From contig MPNG01000002.1 in NCBI GenBank assembly GCA_002238905.1, positions 46,786 to 110,785 of the forward strand: DNA of 64,000 bases, written 5' to 3'. How positions within the stretch are numbered: the stretch's first letter is position 1; every line of letters begins with the position of its first letter. Below are positions 33,838 through 43,479 of this stretch, in pieces. Source of the stretch: Alphaproteobacteria bacterium bin98. Its GTDB lineage: Bacteria > Pseudomonadota > Alphaproteobacteria > Bin98. Made by a program: the position numbers and the translations under genes. A model generated the notes under the pieces. The model ran no database searches, was not told where the DNA came from, and saw nothing but the letters and a program-made list of their open reading frames with translations.

Positions 33838-34870
33838 CTGTTTCTATCTCTTTTTCTTTATTTATATTGCGGCTTGTGCGCATCCTGAGGGCGCAGAAAG
33901 CGCACAAGTCTGTGAGGCATTGCCAACCCTAGCAGATGTTGGTATCGGCGGTTATGATGATATGTCGACGCTGATGATTCCTATCGCCTCTCGTTCTAGT
34001 GACAGCAACTACATTGTGTTTTTCGGTGAAGAGGATCCTCTTTTTCTGAGAATTTTTAAAAACAAAACAGGCGCAGGAAGATGCGCTTTTGTGAAAAAGG
34101 TTTTGCAAACTTTGTGTACATCCGGTGTCGCGCCTCAGTTGGTAGATAGTAGTAAGATGGCCACTCTGGTGACCTTTCTTAAGGGGCGCGAAAGCCGCTT
34201 GGATGATTGGCGTGCAGAGAGGGCGCTTGACAAACTTTTGAGTGTGCTGGAACGATTCTCACAATCTCTCAGCGATGCAGACTTTTTGAGAGAAAAAACC
34301 TTACTCGCATTGGCAAAAAAAGGTTTGAGGAAAATTAAATCTTCCAAAATATCTTCATTTTTGCATCACCTCCTTAAGCAGTGGGAGCAAAAGTTTGGGA
34401 AAGAATTTTCTGATATGCAGAAAATCGTTGTGCATGGAGATTTGCACTCTAATAACATTATGTTGAGTGAAAATCGTATGTGGCTTGTGGACTTTAGTTT
34501 ATGCGGGTATGGATACGCGATAGAAGATATTGCGCGCTTTAGTGTTTTTAACGCTTTAGGAAAAACGCAAGAGCGTTACCTTTTGCAGCGCTATTTTAAA
34601 GATGCTTTGGATGACTCAACAGAGCGTTTGTTGGAAGCATGCAAAACTCTCGCCCTTTTTGTCTGGGCATTTTTGGAATCCCAAAGATTATCGCGCACAG
34701 AATTGCAGGATGCCATGTTTTGTGTGAAGGCAGAACGTTTAGGTCCTGAATGGTTTGCGCAGCAATCTTTAAGAAGACAGCGTATGTCTAATAGTGAAGC
34801 GCAAATGTTTGTAACATATGCTGTGCGGCGGATGCAGAAATTGCTTAATAAAAAGGATCGGCATGGTTGA
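33776..34870 (+). CDS. APH/choline-kinase-like phosphotransferase family protein, possibly a lipoprotein
   Basis: Brenner-type motif VVHGDLHSNNIM and downstream WLVDFSLCGYG. The only in-frame ATG starts upstream of residue ~63 lie inside infB (33776 or 33797). They would give an n-region with K/R, a hydrophobic core and an IAAC lipobox-like sequence. Confidence 0.5.
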   Translation: MKHLRWAMLWNASKYARYNLSCFYLFFFIYIAACAHPEGAESAQVCEALPTLADVGIGGYDDMSTLMIPIASRSSDSNYIVFFGEEDPLFLRIFKNKTGAGRCAFVKKVLQTLCTSGVAPQLVDSSKMATLVTFLKGRESRLDDWRAERALDKLLSVLERFSQSLSDADFLREKTLLALAKKGLRKIKSSKISSFLHHLLKQWEQKFGKEFSDMQKIVVHGDLHSNNIMLSENRMWLVDFSLCGYGYAIEDIARFSVFNALGKTQERYLLQRYFKDALDDSTERLLEACKTLALFVWAFLESQRLSRTELQDAMFCVKAERLGPEWFAQQSLRRQRMSNSEAQMFVTYAVRRMQKLLNKKDRHG

Positions 34871-35219
34871 TAGACGCCATTTTCAGCTTGCAGAAATTGT
34901 AAAGAGGACACTGTGCGCTTTTTTGCAAAAGTACCCTTTGCGCCACCCAGCTATGTCTTCTGTAAAGGTGACGATTTCAGAAGTGCGCCTTAGTAAGGAT
35001 TTTCAATGGGCTGATGTGTATGTTTTGAATCTTTTTGGATCCTCTGTGAGCAAAGAAGTGGTGCTTGAGGCTCTTAACAATGATAAATTTTTTATGCGCA
35101 AACATTTGGCGCGCTATGGGAAGTTGCGAAAAACACCAGATTTGCGCTTTTGCTACGATGAAAGTTTTGATTACGCTGAGAACATTGATGCTTTATTGGA
35201 TGATTGTCGTGAATCATGA
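34863..35219 (+). CDS. rbfA: ribosome-binding factor A
   Basis: MVDRRHFQLAEIVKRTL ... VTISEVRLSKDFQWADVYV. Lies in the conserved infB-rbfA-truB position. ATG 34863 overlaps the preceding stop (ATGGTTGA). Confidence 0.8.
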   Translation: MVDRRHFQLAEIVKRTLCAFLQKYPLRHPAMSSVKVTISEVRLSKDFQWADVYVLNLFGSSVSKEVVLEALNNDKFFMRKHLARYGKLRKTPDLRFCYDESFDYAENIDALLDDCRES

Positions 35220-36055
35220 ATGGTTGGCTTTATATCAATAAAGACGCTGGTATGACCTCGTTTGATGTGGTGGCTCAGGTAAGGCGGCGCCTAGGTGTGC
35301 GGCGTGTTGGGCATACGGGTACATTGGACCCTTTGGCGCGAGGTCTGCTCGTTATTGCTGTAGGTGCCGCATCACGATTAATACCCTACACCTCCGCTCA
35401 ACAAAAAGAATACACCTTTGAGTTGGTCTGGGGGCAAGAGAGGATGACAGATGACGCAGAAGGTGAGGTGATGTGTGAATCTCACGTCAGACCAACGCGT
35501 GATCAGGTGGAGGGTGCACTGTCTGATTTTACAGGCATTATTCAGCAAACTCCTCCTGTTTATTCTGCTATCAAAGTTAACGGTAAGCGTGCTTACGCTT
35601 TGGCGCGTGCCGGAAAAAATGTTGATCTAAAAGCACGAGCAGTTGAGATTTATGATTTGCGGTTGATAAGTCATGCTGAGGATAGATCTTTCTTTAAGGT
35701 TGTGTGCGGCTCTGGCACTTATATTCGATCGCTTGGAAGAGATATTGCTCGTTCTTTAAACTCCTGTGGCTATATAGAGAACTTGGTGCGTACACGCATT
35801 GGTATGATTGCATGCGCGGACACGGTTTCTCTGGATGCGCTCCCTGATGGTTTGCGATCTATCGAAAGTTGTTGGGAAGCTAGTATGATTGAATGTTTGG
35901 AAGAGGACTGGGGAGAGATCAAGCATGGGCGTCAATTAAAGTTAAAAGGCTTGGAAAGCGCCGAAGCGTGTCTTTTGTGTTGTAAGGGGAAAGGATACGC
36001 TGTGGGCCCTGTGGAGGGGTATTACTTTGTGCCTAAGCGTGTAATGGCGCTATAA
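35216..36055 (+). CDS. truB: tRNA pseudouridine(55) synthase
   Basis: 279 aa. Catalytic motif GHTGTLDPLARGLLVIAVG and PPVYSAIKVNGKRAY. Confidence 0.9.
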   Translation: MNGWLYINKDAGMTSFDVVAQVRRRLGVRRVGHTGTLDPLARGLLVIAVGAASRLIPYTSAQQKEYTFELVWGQERMTDDAEGEVMCESHVRPTRDQVEGALSDFTGIIQQTPPVYSAIKVNGKRAYALARAGKNVDLKARAVEIYDLRLISHAEDRSFFKVVCGSGTYIRSLGRDIARSLNSCGYIENLVRTRIGMIACADTVSLDALPDGLRSIESCWEASMIECLEEDWGEIKHGRQLKLKGLESAEACLLCCKGKGYAVGPVEGYYFVPKRVMAL

Positions 36056-36153
36056 GTTTTGTGTTTAGACTAGATACATTTTTCTGTTTCGGGTACAATG
36101 ATATATAGAGAAGTGAGTTTGCGCGTTTGGCGTGGAAATTTTAAGGTGAGAAA

Positions 36154-36417
36154 ATGGCACTTATTAATCGAAAAGAGGTTTTGCAGGAATTGGAAATTAG
36201 CCCCCAGAATATGGGATCTGCTTCTGCGCAAATTGTTGTTTTAACTGAGCACATTGAGCTGATTGCAGAACATTTGCGCTCTAACAAAAAAGATCATGCA
36301 GCGCATCGTGCGTTAATGTGTTTGTTGGGTAAAAGGCGCGCAATGCTCAAATATTGTGCTTCCAAGAACAGCGCTATGTACCAAAAGGTGCTGAAGGCTC
36401 TCGGCTTACGTCGTTAG
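36154..36417 (+). CDS. rpsO: 30S ribosomal protein S15
   Basis: 87 aa. GSASAQIVVLTEHIELIAEHLRSNKKDHAAHRALMCLLGKRRAMLKY. AAGGTGAG Shine-Dalgarno sequence upstream. Confidence 0.9.
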   Translation: MALINRKEVLQELEISPQNMGSASAQIVVLTEHIELIAEHLRSNKKDHAAHRALMCLLGKRRAMLKYCASKNSAMYQKVLKALGLRR

Positions 36418-36424
36418 AAAGTTT

Positions 36425-38446
36425 ATGATTAAGAAAAAAATTGAATGCGCCAGTGGGGAGTTAATCCTTGAGTCTGGTCACTTAGCGCAGCGTGCGGACG
36501 GATCCGTGCTGGTTAAGTATGGTAATACACACATTTTGTGCACTGTATGTTGTAAAAAAAAGGTGGATAGTGGCGTGGGCTTCTTTCCACTTTCAGTGCA
36601 TTATCAAGAAAGGTTTTACGCTATTGGTCGTATCCCAGGTGGTTTTTTTAAGAGAGAGGGGCGTCCTTCCGAGCGTGAAGTAATTACATCAAGGCTTATT
36701 GACCGCTCTATTCGTCCTCTTTTTCCAGAAGGTTTTTTGCACGAAGTGCAAGTTTCTTGCATTCTGTTAAGCTACGACCCTTTGTATGATGTGGAAGTTC
36801 CTGCAATGGCAGGTGTTTCGGCGGCGCTTTTGCAAGCAGGTTTGCCCATTAAAGATGTGGTGGCGTCAGCAAAGGTTGGGATTTTAGACGGTGAATGTCA
36901 ATCAATTCGCTCCTACCAACAAGCTCAAGATGCCGACATGGAAGTGTTTGTTTCTGGAACAAAGAATGGCATTTTGATGGTGGAGGCAGCAGCGCAAGAG
37001 CAAACGGAAGATGATATTCTGAGTGCTATTTTGCAGGCTCATGACGATCTTCAAGTTATCATTGAAGGCATCGAAGAAGCATTTAAACCTAATGAAGGTG
37101 TTGAATGGCAAGATTTTACAGGCACTATTCACTCATTTAGAGATGATATCCTTGCTAAGTTGGGTAAGTCCTTTAAAAAAGCTTACGCAACTTCATCCAA
37201 AAAAGATCGCGATGCAATGCTTAAAAATCTACGTGATGAGGCGGCCAGCCTTATTTCTGAAGATGCATCTCCTGCAGTTGCTTATGCGGCTTTAACCGCT
37301 GCTGAGAGTGTGAGTGTGCGTGAGCGCATTCTTGCAAAAGGAGAAAGAATTGATGGCCGTGATTTAACAACTGTGCGTCCTTTAGCTGCACAAACGGGCT
37401 GCCTTCCAAGATCACACGGTAGTGTGGTTTTTGATCGTGGAGAAACACAAGCACTTGTTAGCGCGACGCTTTGCGGTCTTGCTGATGGTCAGATGATTGA
37501 TACGATCGAAGGTGCAGGACGTCAACGTTTTATGTTGAACTATAACTTCCCACCGTTTTCTGTAGGAGAGCCCGGGCGCGTTGGTGCTGTGAGTAGGCGC
37601 GAAATGGGTCATGGACGTTTGGCGTGGAAAGCTGTTAGTGCTATGCTGCCATCTGAAAAAGAGTTTCCTTATGCAATAAGGTGTGTTTCAGAAGTTTTAT
37701 GCTCTAATGGATCTTCCTCTATGGCTACAGTGTGTGGTACATCCCTTGCTTTAATGGATGCCTCAGTTCCTTTGAAAGCTCCAGTGGCTGGTATTGCTAT
37801 GGGATTGATTCAAGAAGGATCAAAAACTGCTGTGTTGACAGATATTTTGGGTGACGAAGATCATTTAGGAGACATGGATTTTAAGGTGGCGGGAACAGCA
37901 GAAGGTGTGACCGCTTTGCAAATGGACTTGAAAGTGCCATTTGTAGATAAGGCTATATTGAAAAAAGCTTTGGCGGATGCGCGCAAGGCACGTTTGCACA
38001 TCTTGGATGTTATGAACGCAGAGCTATCTGAGCCACGCAAAGAAATGCATGAATCAGCGCCAGCGATTCGTGTGCTGTCACTTCCAAAAGACAGTGTTGG
38101 ACGTGTGATTGGTTCAGGAGGCCGTGTGATTAAGGGTTTGACTGAAAGACATAAAGCTCAAATTGATATTGCTCCGGATGGTACAGCAACAATTTTTGCC
38201 CAAAACCAAAAGAGTGCTCGTGATGTTGTGGCCGAGATTGAAGGATTGCTTTATGAGCCTAAGAAAGGTGATAAAGGCAAAGCGACTGTAAAGAAAATAT
38301 TTAATAATAAAGTTTTGTTGGATTTTAAAGGCCACTTTGGTGTTTTGAGAGATGATGGCGCTGATATGCAAGAGGGTGATACCATCGAAGTGTGTATTGA
38401 GAGCGTTGACAAAGCAAATGACAAAATATTTTTCAAGCACATTTAG
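36425..38446 (+). CDS. pnp: polyribonucleotide nucleotidyltransferase (PNPase)
   Basis: 673 aa. Two RNase PH domains (GRIPGGFFKREGRPSE, LGDEDHLGDMDFKVAGT), then a KH domain (VIGSGGRVIKGL) and an S1 domain. Confidence 0.93.
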   Translation: MIKKKIECASGELILESGHLAQRADGSVLVKYGNTHILCTVCCKKKVDSGVGFFPLSVHYQERFYAIGRIPGGFFKREGRPSEREVITSRLIDRSIRPLFPEGFLHEVQVSCILLSYDPLYDVEVPAMAGVSAALLQAGLPIKDVVASAKVGILDGECQSIRSYQQAQDADMEVFVSGTKNGILMVEAAAQEQTEDDILSAILQAHDDLQVIIEGIEEAFKPNEGVEWQDFTGTIHSFRDDILAKLGKSFKKAYATSSKKDRDAMLKNLRDEAASLISEDASPAVAYAALTAAESVSVRERILAKGERIDGRDLTTVRPLAAQTGCLPRSHGSVVFDRGETQALVSATLCGLADGQMIDTIEGAGRQRFMLNYNFPPFSVGEPGRVGAVSRREMGHGRLAWKAVSAMLPSEKEFPYAIRCVSEVLCSNGSSSMATVCGTSLALMDASVPLKAPVAGIAMGLIQEGSKTAVLTDILGDEDHLGDMDFKVAGTAEGVTALQMDLKVPFVDKAILKKALADARKARLHILDVMNAELSEPRKEMHESAPAIRVLSLPKDSVGRVIGSGGRVIKGLTERHKAQIDIAPDGTATIFAQNQKSARDVVAEIEGLLYEPKKGDKGKATVKKIFNNKVLLDFKGHFGVLRDDGADMQEGDTIEVCIESVDKANDKIFFKHI

Positions 38447-38449
38447 CTT

Positions 38450-39844
38450 ATGGATTTAAATCTCAAGAATTTATTTTTTTCCGGAAAAATGACTTTGCCA
38501 CTCGTAGAGGGTGGTAAAGGCATTGGTGCTAGTGATGGCACAAGCGCTGGCGTTTGGGCGCGCGCGGGGGGTGTGGGAACATTTTCAGGCGTTTCGCCTG
38601 CAACGTATGATGAAAATGGTGAAGTCAATGAGATTATCTATAAAGGAAAAACACGGAAAGAGCGCCATCAAGAATATATTGATTTTTCCATAGAGGGATC
38701 TCTTGAGCAAGCAAGAATTGCGCACGAAACTGCAGCAAACAATGGTCGTATCCACATGAATGTTTTGTGGGAAATGGGCGGCGTAGAGGCTATTTTGCAT
38801 GGTGTGCTTTCTCGCAGCCGTGGCCTTATTCATGGTATAACCTGCGGCGCGGGTATGCCTTATAAGCTTTCCGAAATTGCTGCAAAATATAAAGTTTATT
38901 ACCACCCCATTGTTTCTTCTTCACGCGCTTTTCACGCTTTATGGCGACGCAGTTTTTCCAAAGCTCGTGAGTGGCTGGGATCAGTAGTATATGAAGATCC
39001 ATGGCGTGCAGGTGGTCACAATGGCTTAAGTCGCCAAGAAGACCCTACACGGCCGGAAGATCCAGAGCCGCGCCTTCTGCGTTTGCGCCAAGCTATGCGT
39101 GAAGTGGGATTATGGAACATTCCTATCGTTATTGCAGGTGGTGTGTGGTGTCTCAACGAATGGGTGCATATTTTAGAAAATAAAGACATTGCTCCTGTAG
39201 CGTTTCAGTTTGGCACTAGACCGCTTTTAACACAAGAAAGCCCTATACCGCAAGAATGGAAAAATAAACTTCTGACGTTGAAGCCCGGAGATGTGTGGTT
39301 GAATAAATTTTCACCAACAGGGTTTTACTCTTCTGCTGTGCGCAATGATTTTTTAGAAGAATTGCAAGGAAGATCAGATCGCCAAATCTCTATTAGTAGG
39401 CAACAAGAAAGTGGATTAGAGGCTTTTACCTTTGGGGCACGTAATCGTACGGTATACGTGACTCCAGAAGACGCGCGCAAAGCACATGAGTGGATTAAAG
39501 CTGGTTATACAGAAGCAATGCTGACACCTGGAAAAACTATCATTTTTGTTGAATCTGAGCGGAAAGAAAATATACTGACAGATCAGCGTGCTTGCATGGG
39601 CTGTCTTTCAGGCTGTATGTTTTCTAATTGGTCTCAAGAGCATGGCTCTACAGGTTATTTGCCTGATCCTCGCTCTTTTTGCATTCAAAAAACACTTTTA
39701 CATGCTGTGCGTCAAGGTGATATGGAAAATCAATTGATGTTTGCGGGATCTAACGTTTTTCGTTTTCAACAAGATCCACTATACGCCAATAGGTATATTC
39801 CCACAGTTGAGGAATTGATTAAGCATATTTTAGCGGGCAATTAA
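38450..39844 (+). CDS. nitronate monooxygenase (NMO/2-nitropropane dioxygenase)-like FMN TIM-barrel protein
   Basis: 464 aa. Patterns GGKGIGASDG ... AGGVGTFSG, ITCGAGMPY and IPIVIAGGVW resemble PF03060-type flavoenzymes. Assigned from memory only. Confidence 0.45.
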   Translation: MDLNLKNLFFSGKMTLPLVEGGKGIGASDGTSAGVWARAGGVGTFSGVSPATYDENGEVNEIIYKGKTRKERHQEYIDFSIEGSLEQARIAHETAANNGRIHMNVLWEMGGVEAILHGVLSRSRGLIHGITCGAGMPYKLSEIAAKYKVYYHPIVSSSRAFHALWRRSFSKAREWLGSVVYEDPWRAGGHNGLSRQEDPTRPEDPEPRLLRLRQAMREVGLWNIPIVIAGGVWCLNEWVHILENKDIAPVAFQFGTRPLLTQESPIPQEWKNKLLTLKPGDVWLNKFSPTGFYSSAVRNDFLEELQGRSDRQISISRQQESGLEAFTFGARNRTVYVTPEDARKAHEWIKAGYTEAMLTPGKTIIFVESERKENILTDQRACMGCLSGCMFSNWSQEHGSTGYLPDPRSFCIQKTLLHAVRQGDMENQLMFAGSNVFRFQQDPLYANRYIPTVEELIKHILAGN

Positions 39845-39847
39845 TAT

Positions 39848-40339
39848 ATGCGTCGATGGATTGCGCTAGGGGTGGGTGTATTGTTTGTTCTTTGTGGGCT
39901 GTTTGTTTTTAAAGAGCGTATTTTGGATAGGATTGGATCTTCTGATGGGCTTTACCTATTTTTGCGTAGCAATAATGTTAACGGACGTGCAGGACCCAGC
40001 AAAGATTATCCCTGTATTTGTAACTATCGCATGCGGTTCCTTCCCCTTAAAATTATTGCTGAACAGGAAGAATGGTTTTTATTAGAAGATTGGCTTGGTA
40101 TGCAAAGCTGGATACATACAAGCTTGGTGAGTAAGCGGGCAAGGTTTGTTTTGGTGCAAAACCAAAATTCCAAGATATATACTGATACTAATGATAGTTC
40201 TGCACACCTTGCTGTGCTTGATCGTCTTGTTTGTGTGCGTATGCTGCGCACCAGCCCAGCATGGGTGCGAGTGCAGCTAGATAAAAAATACGGATCTTGT
40301 GTAGGATGGATGCGTGCACAAGATGTTTGGGGAATATAG
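39848..40339 (+). CDS. SH3-like domain (DUF1058-type) exported protein
   Basis: 163 aa. N-terminal signal or anchor (MRRWIALGVGVLFVLCGLFVF). Two SH3-like segments (VNGRAGPSKDYP ... EEWFLLEDWLGMQSWIHTSLVS and ... AWVRVQLDKKYGSCVGWMRAQDVWG). Confidence 0.5.
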   Translation: MRRWIALGVGVLFVLCGLFVFKERILDRIGSSDGLYLFLRSNNVNGRAGPSKDYPCICNYRMRFLPLKIIAEQEEWFLLEDWLGMQSWIHTSLVSKRARFVLVQNQNSKIYTDTNDSSAHLAVLDRLVCVRMLRTSPAWVRVQLDKKYGSCVGWMRAQDVWGI

Positions 40340-40386
40340 ATGATTGTTCGTTTTTTGGACACAGTGTACAATGTATTGGGGTGAAT

Positions 40387-40506
40387 ATGAATAAATGGCT
40401 TGTTTTAATATTATCCAGTCTAGGGGTGGCATTCGTTTTATTGCTTTTTGTACAAATTGATTGCACAAGCTTGAGAGTTGTGACTCCTTTAAAGGTGTCA
40501 ATATGA
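40387..40506 (+). CDS. possible small single-TM membrane peptide (39 aa)
   Basis: MNKWLVLILSSLGVAFVLLLFVQIDCTSLRVVTPLKVSI. Hydrophobic core. The stop overlaps the pgk ATG (ATATGA). No other support. Confidence 0.2.
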   Translation: MNKWLVLILSSLGVAFVLLLFVQIDCTSLRVVTPLKVSI

Positions 40507-41624
40507 GACTTGTAGATAGTGTATCAAAGAATTGCCGGCGCGCGTTAGTGCGTGTGGATTACAATTTGCCTATGCGTGCTAATGGCGAAGTGGGCGACTC
40601 TTTACGTGTGGAGCGTACAAAAAAAACTATACTCCATCTCTTAGACCAAGGAACGCAAATATGCCTAATGACTCACTGGGGGCAACCCAAGGGGCGTGAT
40701 GAAACATTTTCTGTGAAAAGGCTGCTTCCTACAATAGAAAATATTTTGGGACAAAAAGTAGCCTTTGATGCCAGTGATCTTTGCCAGGAATGTATACCAA
40801 ATAATCACCCTATTACACTGTGTGAAAATGTCCGCTTTTATGAAGGTGAAACTTCGAACGATGACGCGTTTGCACAGCTATTGGCGCAAAGGGGTGATGT
40901 TTTTGTAAATGAGGCGTTTTCTGTCTCGCATCGCCAGCATGCAAGTGTGTGTGGCACGGCAAAGTATTTAGATTCTTATGTTGGATTTTCGTGTGCGCGC
41001 GATTGGCAAAATGTGCAAAATATGCGTGAAAAATTAAGTGACGCGATTGCATTTGTGGGAGGATGTAAGATTCAAACAAAGCTGCCGCTTGTTTGTAAAT
41101 TACTGCCCGATGTGCAAAAATTAGTGTTAGGAGCCCTTTTGGGAATTTCTTTGCGTGATTTTTTGCTATGTGAGCAAGAAAATGAAAGTATGCGTGAGTA
41201 CGCAAAAATTACACAAAAATATATGCATAAAATCATTTTTCCTCTAGATGTACGCGCGTACGGCCAGGCTATACCTTTTGATAAAGTTATAAACAACGAA
41301 GGTGTGGTGGATGTGGGCCCTTTAACGGAAGATCTTTACAAAGAAGAGATTTCTTTATCACGGGTTTTATTTATGAATGGGCCTGTTGGGCAGTATGAAG
41401 TGGCAGCTGGTGAGCGTGGAACGCATGCGATAGGAGATGCACTTTTTTCTCAAGCAGAGCGTAATCATGAATTTTTTGCGTTACTTGGAGGAGGAGACAC
41501 GGTGGCTGCATTGATGCATCAATACCAATGGCCAAAAAATGTTATATTCTCCTCATCAGGTGGCGCTCTGCTGTATGCAATGACGCATGGTCAACTGCCG
41601 GCTCTAGAGGCACAAAAATGCTGA
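40503..41624 (+). CDS. pgk: phosphoglycerate kinase
   Basis: MRLVDS ... RALVRVDYNLPM at ATG 40503. Has FVNEAFSVSHRQHASV and LLGGGDTVAA motifs. Confidence 0.85.
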   Translation: MRLVDSVSKNCRRALVRVDYNLPMRANGEVGDSLRVERTKKTILHLLDQGTQICLMTHWGQPKGRDETFSVKRLLPTIENILGQKVAFDASDLCQECIPNNHPITLCENVRFYEGETSNDDAFAQLLAQRGDVFVNEAFSVSHRQHASVCGTAKYLDSYVGFSCARDWQNVQNMREKLSDAIAFVGGCKIQTKLPLVCKLLPDVQKLVLGALLGISLRDFLLCEQENESMREYAKITQKYMHKIIFPLDVRAYGQAIPFDKVINNEGVVDVGPLTEDLYKEEISLSRVLFMNGPVGQYEVAAGERGTHAIGDALFSQAERNHEFFALLGGGDTVAALMHQYQWPKNVIFSSSGGALLYAMTHGQLPALEAQKC

Positions 41625-42043
41625 TTGCAGGCATATGTACGTGCCTTGGTGTGGGTTTTTTTCCGGCACCAGGAACCTGCGCGAGCGTTTTGACATGTCT
41701 TGTGATTTGGCTGTGCGAAGGCGTGCACCCTTTGGCGTTACTTTTAACGTTATTATTGGGACTTTGGTCTACACAGCATTATTTAAAGCAAACAAAAACA
41801 AAAGACCCGTCCTGTGTGGTGATAGATGAAGTCATGGGGATGCTTGTTACGTTTTTGGGTGTAACTCTTTCTTGGCAGAAAATGCTTATTGGTTTATGTC
41901 TTTTTCGCGTCCTGGATATTACAAAGCCTTGGCTTATTAAGCGTGTAGAACGCTTGCCTGGAGCGTATGGTGTAATGGCAGATGATATTTTGGCGGGCAT
42001 GTGCTCGATGTTTTTTTTACAAATAGGTGATTACTATGTCTAA
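41618..42043 (+). CDS. pgpA: phosphatidylglycerophosphatase A
   Basis: GVGFFPAPGTCASV, VVIDEVMGM, FRVLDITKPW and VMADDILAG motifs. ATG 41618 overlaps the pgk stop. Confidence 0.8.
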   Translation: MLIAGICTCLGVGFFPAPGTCASVLTCLVIWLCEGVHPLALLLTLLLGLWSTQHYLKQTKTKDPSCVVIDEVMGMLVTFLGVTLSWQKMLIGLCLFRVLDITKPWLIKRVERLPGAYGVMADDILAGMCSMFFLQIGDYYV

Positions 42044-43391
42044 AGTGCGAGTGCGATTTGCACCATCTCCAACAGGTGATTTGCATATAGGAGGTGCGCG
42101 AACAGCTTTGTTTAATTGGGTGTTTGCGCGTCAACATCAAGGGCAATTTTTATTGCGTATAGAAGATACTGACCAAAAACGCTGCACAGAAGAATATAAA
42201 AACTCTATCCTGAATGGTTTGCGTTGGCTTGGCCTTGATTGGGATGAAGAGCCCGTTTATCAATCTCGCCGTAAAGATAGGCACTTAGAAGTTGCTCATG
42301 ATTTGTTGAGTAAGGGGCTTGCATACTATTGCGTTTGTCCGCCTCAGGCAGCAACTCCACCAGAAGAAAAAAGCCAAAACACAGCGCCTTGTCCTTGCCG
42401 TGAGGCAGGGCACGTATCAGGAGCACTGAGGCTTAAGCGCCCTTTGAAAGGCACCCTGTCTTGTAAAGATGTCGTGTATGGATCAGTGGAGGTAGAGTAC
42501 GCTCAGCTAGACGATATGGTCCTGGTGCGCTCTAACGGTATGCCTACGTATATGCTGTGTGTGGTGGTGGATGATTATGATATGGGAATCACTCATATTA
42601 TTCGTGGTGTGGACCACCTCACAAACACACTTAGGCAAATGCTTTTGTGGCAAGCTATGGATTGGGAAATGCCTGAATGCGCGCATTTGCCATTAATTCA
42701 TGGGCAAGATGGTAAGAAATTCTCTAAGCGGCATGGTGCTGTGAGTGTTATTGAATATCAAAAGTTAGGTTTTCTGCCAGATGCTGTGTGTAACGCTCTC
42801 ATGCGCATGGGCTGGGGCCACGATGATACAGAGCTTGTGACCAAAGAGGAGGCTGTTTCTATTTTTTCTTTAGCAAGTGTTGGTAAATCTAAAGCGCAGT
42901 TTGATTTGAAAAAGCTGTACCACTATAATCAGCACTATATGGCCAATATGCCTACTGAGATCCTTTTGGAAATCCTGAAGAATTACACATCAGATCCGTT
43001 TGATGAAGATTTTATTAATAAGGCAAAGCAGATTTTTCCAGAGATTGTGAAACGTGTCAAAACACTACATGAATGTGCTGAAGCGTTGCAGGTGTTGCAC
43101 GCTCCCAAAGCTTACTTGGAGCATGTAGAAGATGATGCCATAAATATGGTGCGAGACGTGTTATTATCGTGTGAGAAGTGGGAAAGTGATGCGCTAGAAG
43201 CTAGTTTTCGTGAATATTGCCTAACGCATGACTGCAAACTTGTGGCAGTTGCACAGCCTTTGCGCGTGCTTATCACAGGCAAAAAAGTGTCGCCGCCTAT
43301 TTTTTTAGTTATGTCTGTTTTAGGATTGCAAGAAGTGATGGAGAGAATCAAGCAATATGAGGAACAAGCCAGCAAATCAGAATCGCCCTAA
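42036..43391 (+). CDS. gltX: glutamyl-tRNA synthetase
   Basis: Class I HIGH-type (RFAPSPTGDLHIGGART) and KMSKS-type (KFSKRHG) motifs. ATG 42036 overlaps the pgpA stop. Confidence 0.9.
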   Translation: MSKVRVRFAPSPTGDLHIGGARTALFNWVFARQHQGQFLLRIEDTDQKRCTEEYKNSILNGLRWLGLDWDEEPVYQSRRKDRHLEVAHDLLSKGLAYYCVCPPQAATPPEEKSQNTAPCPCREAGHVSGALRLKRPLKGTLSCKDVVYGSVEVEYAQLDDMVLVRSNGMPTYMLCVVVDDYDMGITHIIRGVDHLTNTLRQMLLWQAMDWEMPECAHLPLIHGQDGKKFSKRHGAVSVIEYQKLGFLPDAVCNALMRMGWGHDDTELVTKEEAVSIFSLASVGKSKAQFDLKKLYHYNQHYMANMPTEILLEILKNYTSDPFDEDFINKAKQIFPEIVKRVKTLHECAEALQVLHAPKAYLEHVEDDAINMVRDVLLSCEKWESDALEASFREYCLTHDCKLVAVAQPLRVLITGKKVSPPIFLVMSVLGLQEVMERIKQYEEQASKSESP

Positions 43392-43479
43392 ATGGTTGAA
43401 AAATTTGCCGCCCCTGGGTGGATGGGTGCTAGCCTTTTTAGGTTTTTCGGCATTAATATGGTTCCTGTGGTGGATTTAG

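Noticed and set aside
43392-43479. Possible N-terminal extension or a small ORF upstream of the permease at 43480
   Set aside because: A TAG stop lies immediately before ATG 43480 in frame. The upstream ATG frames are short and unsupported.
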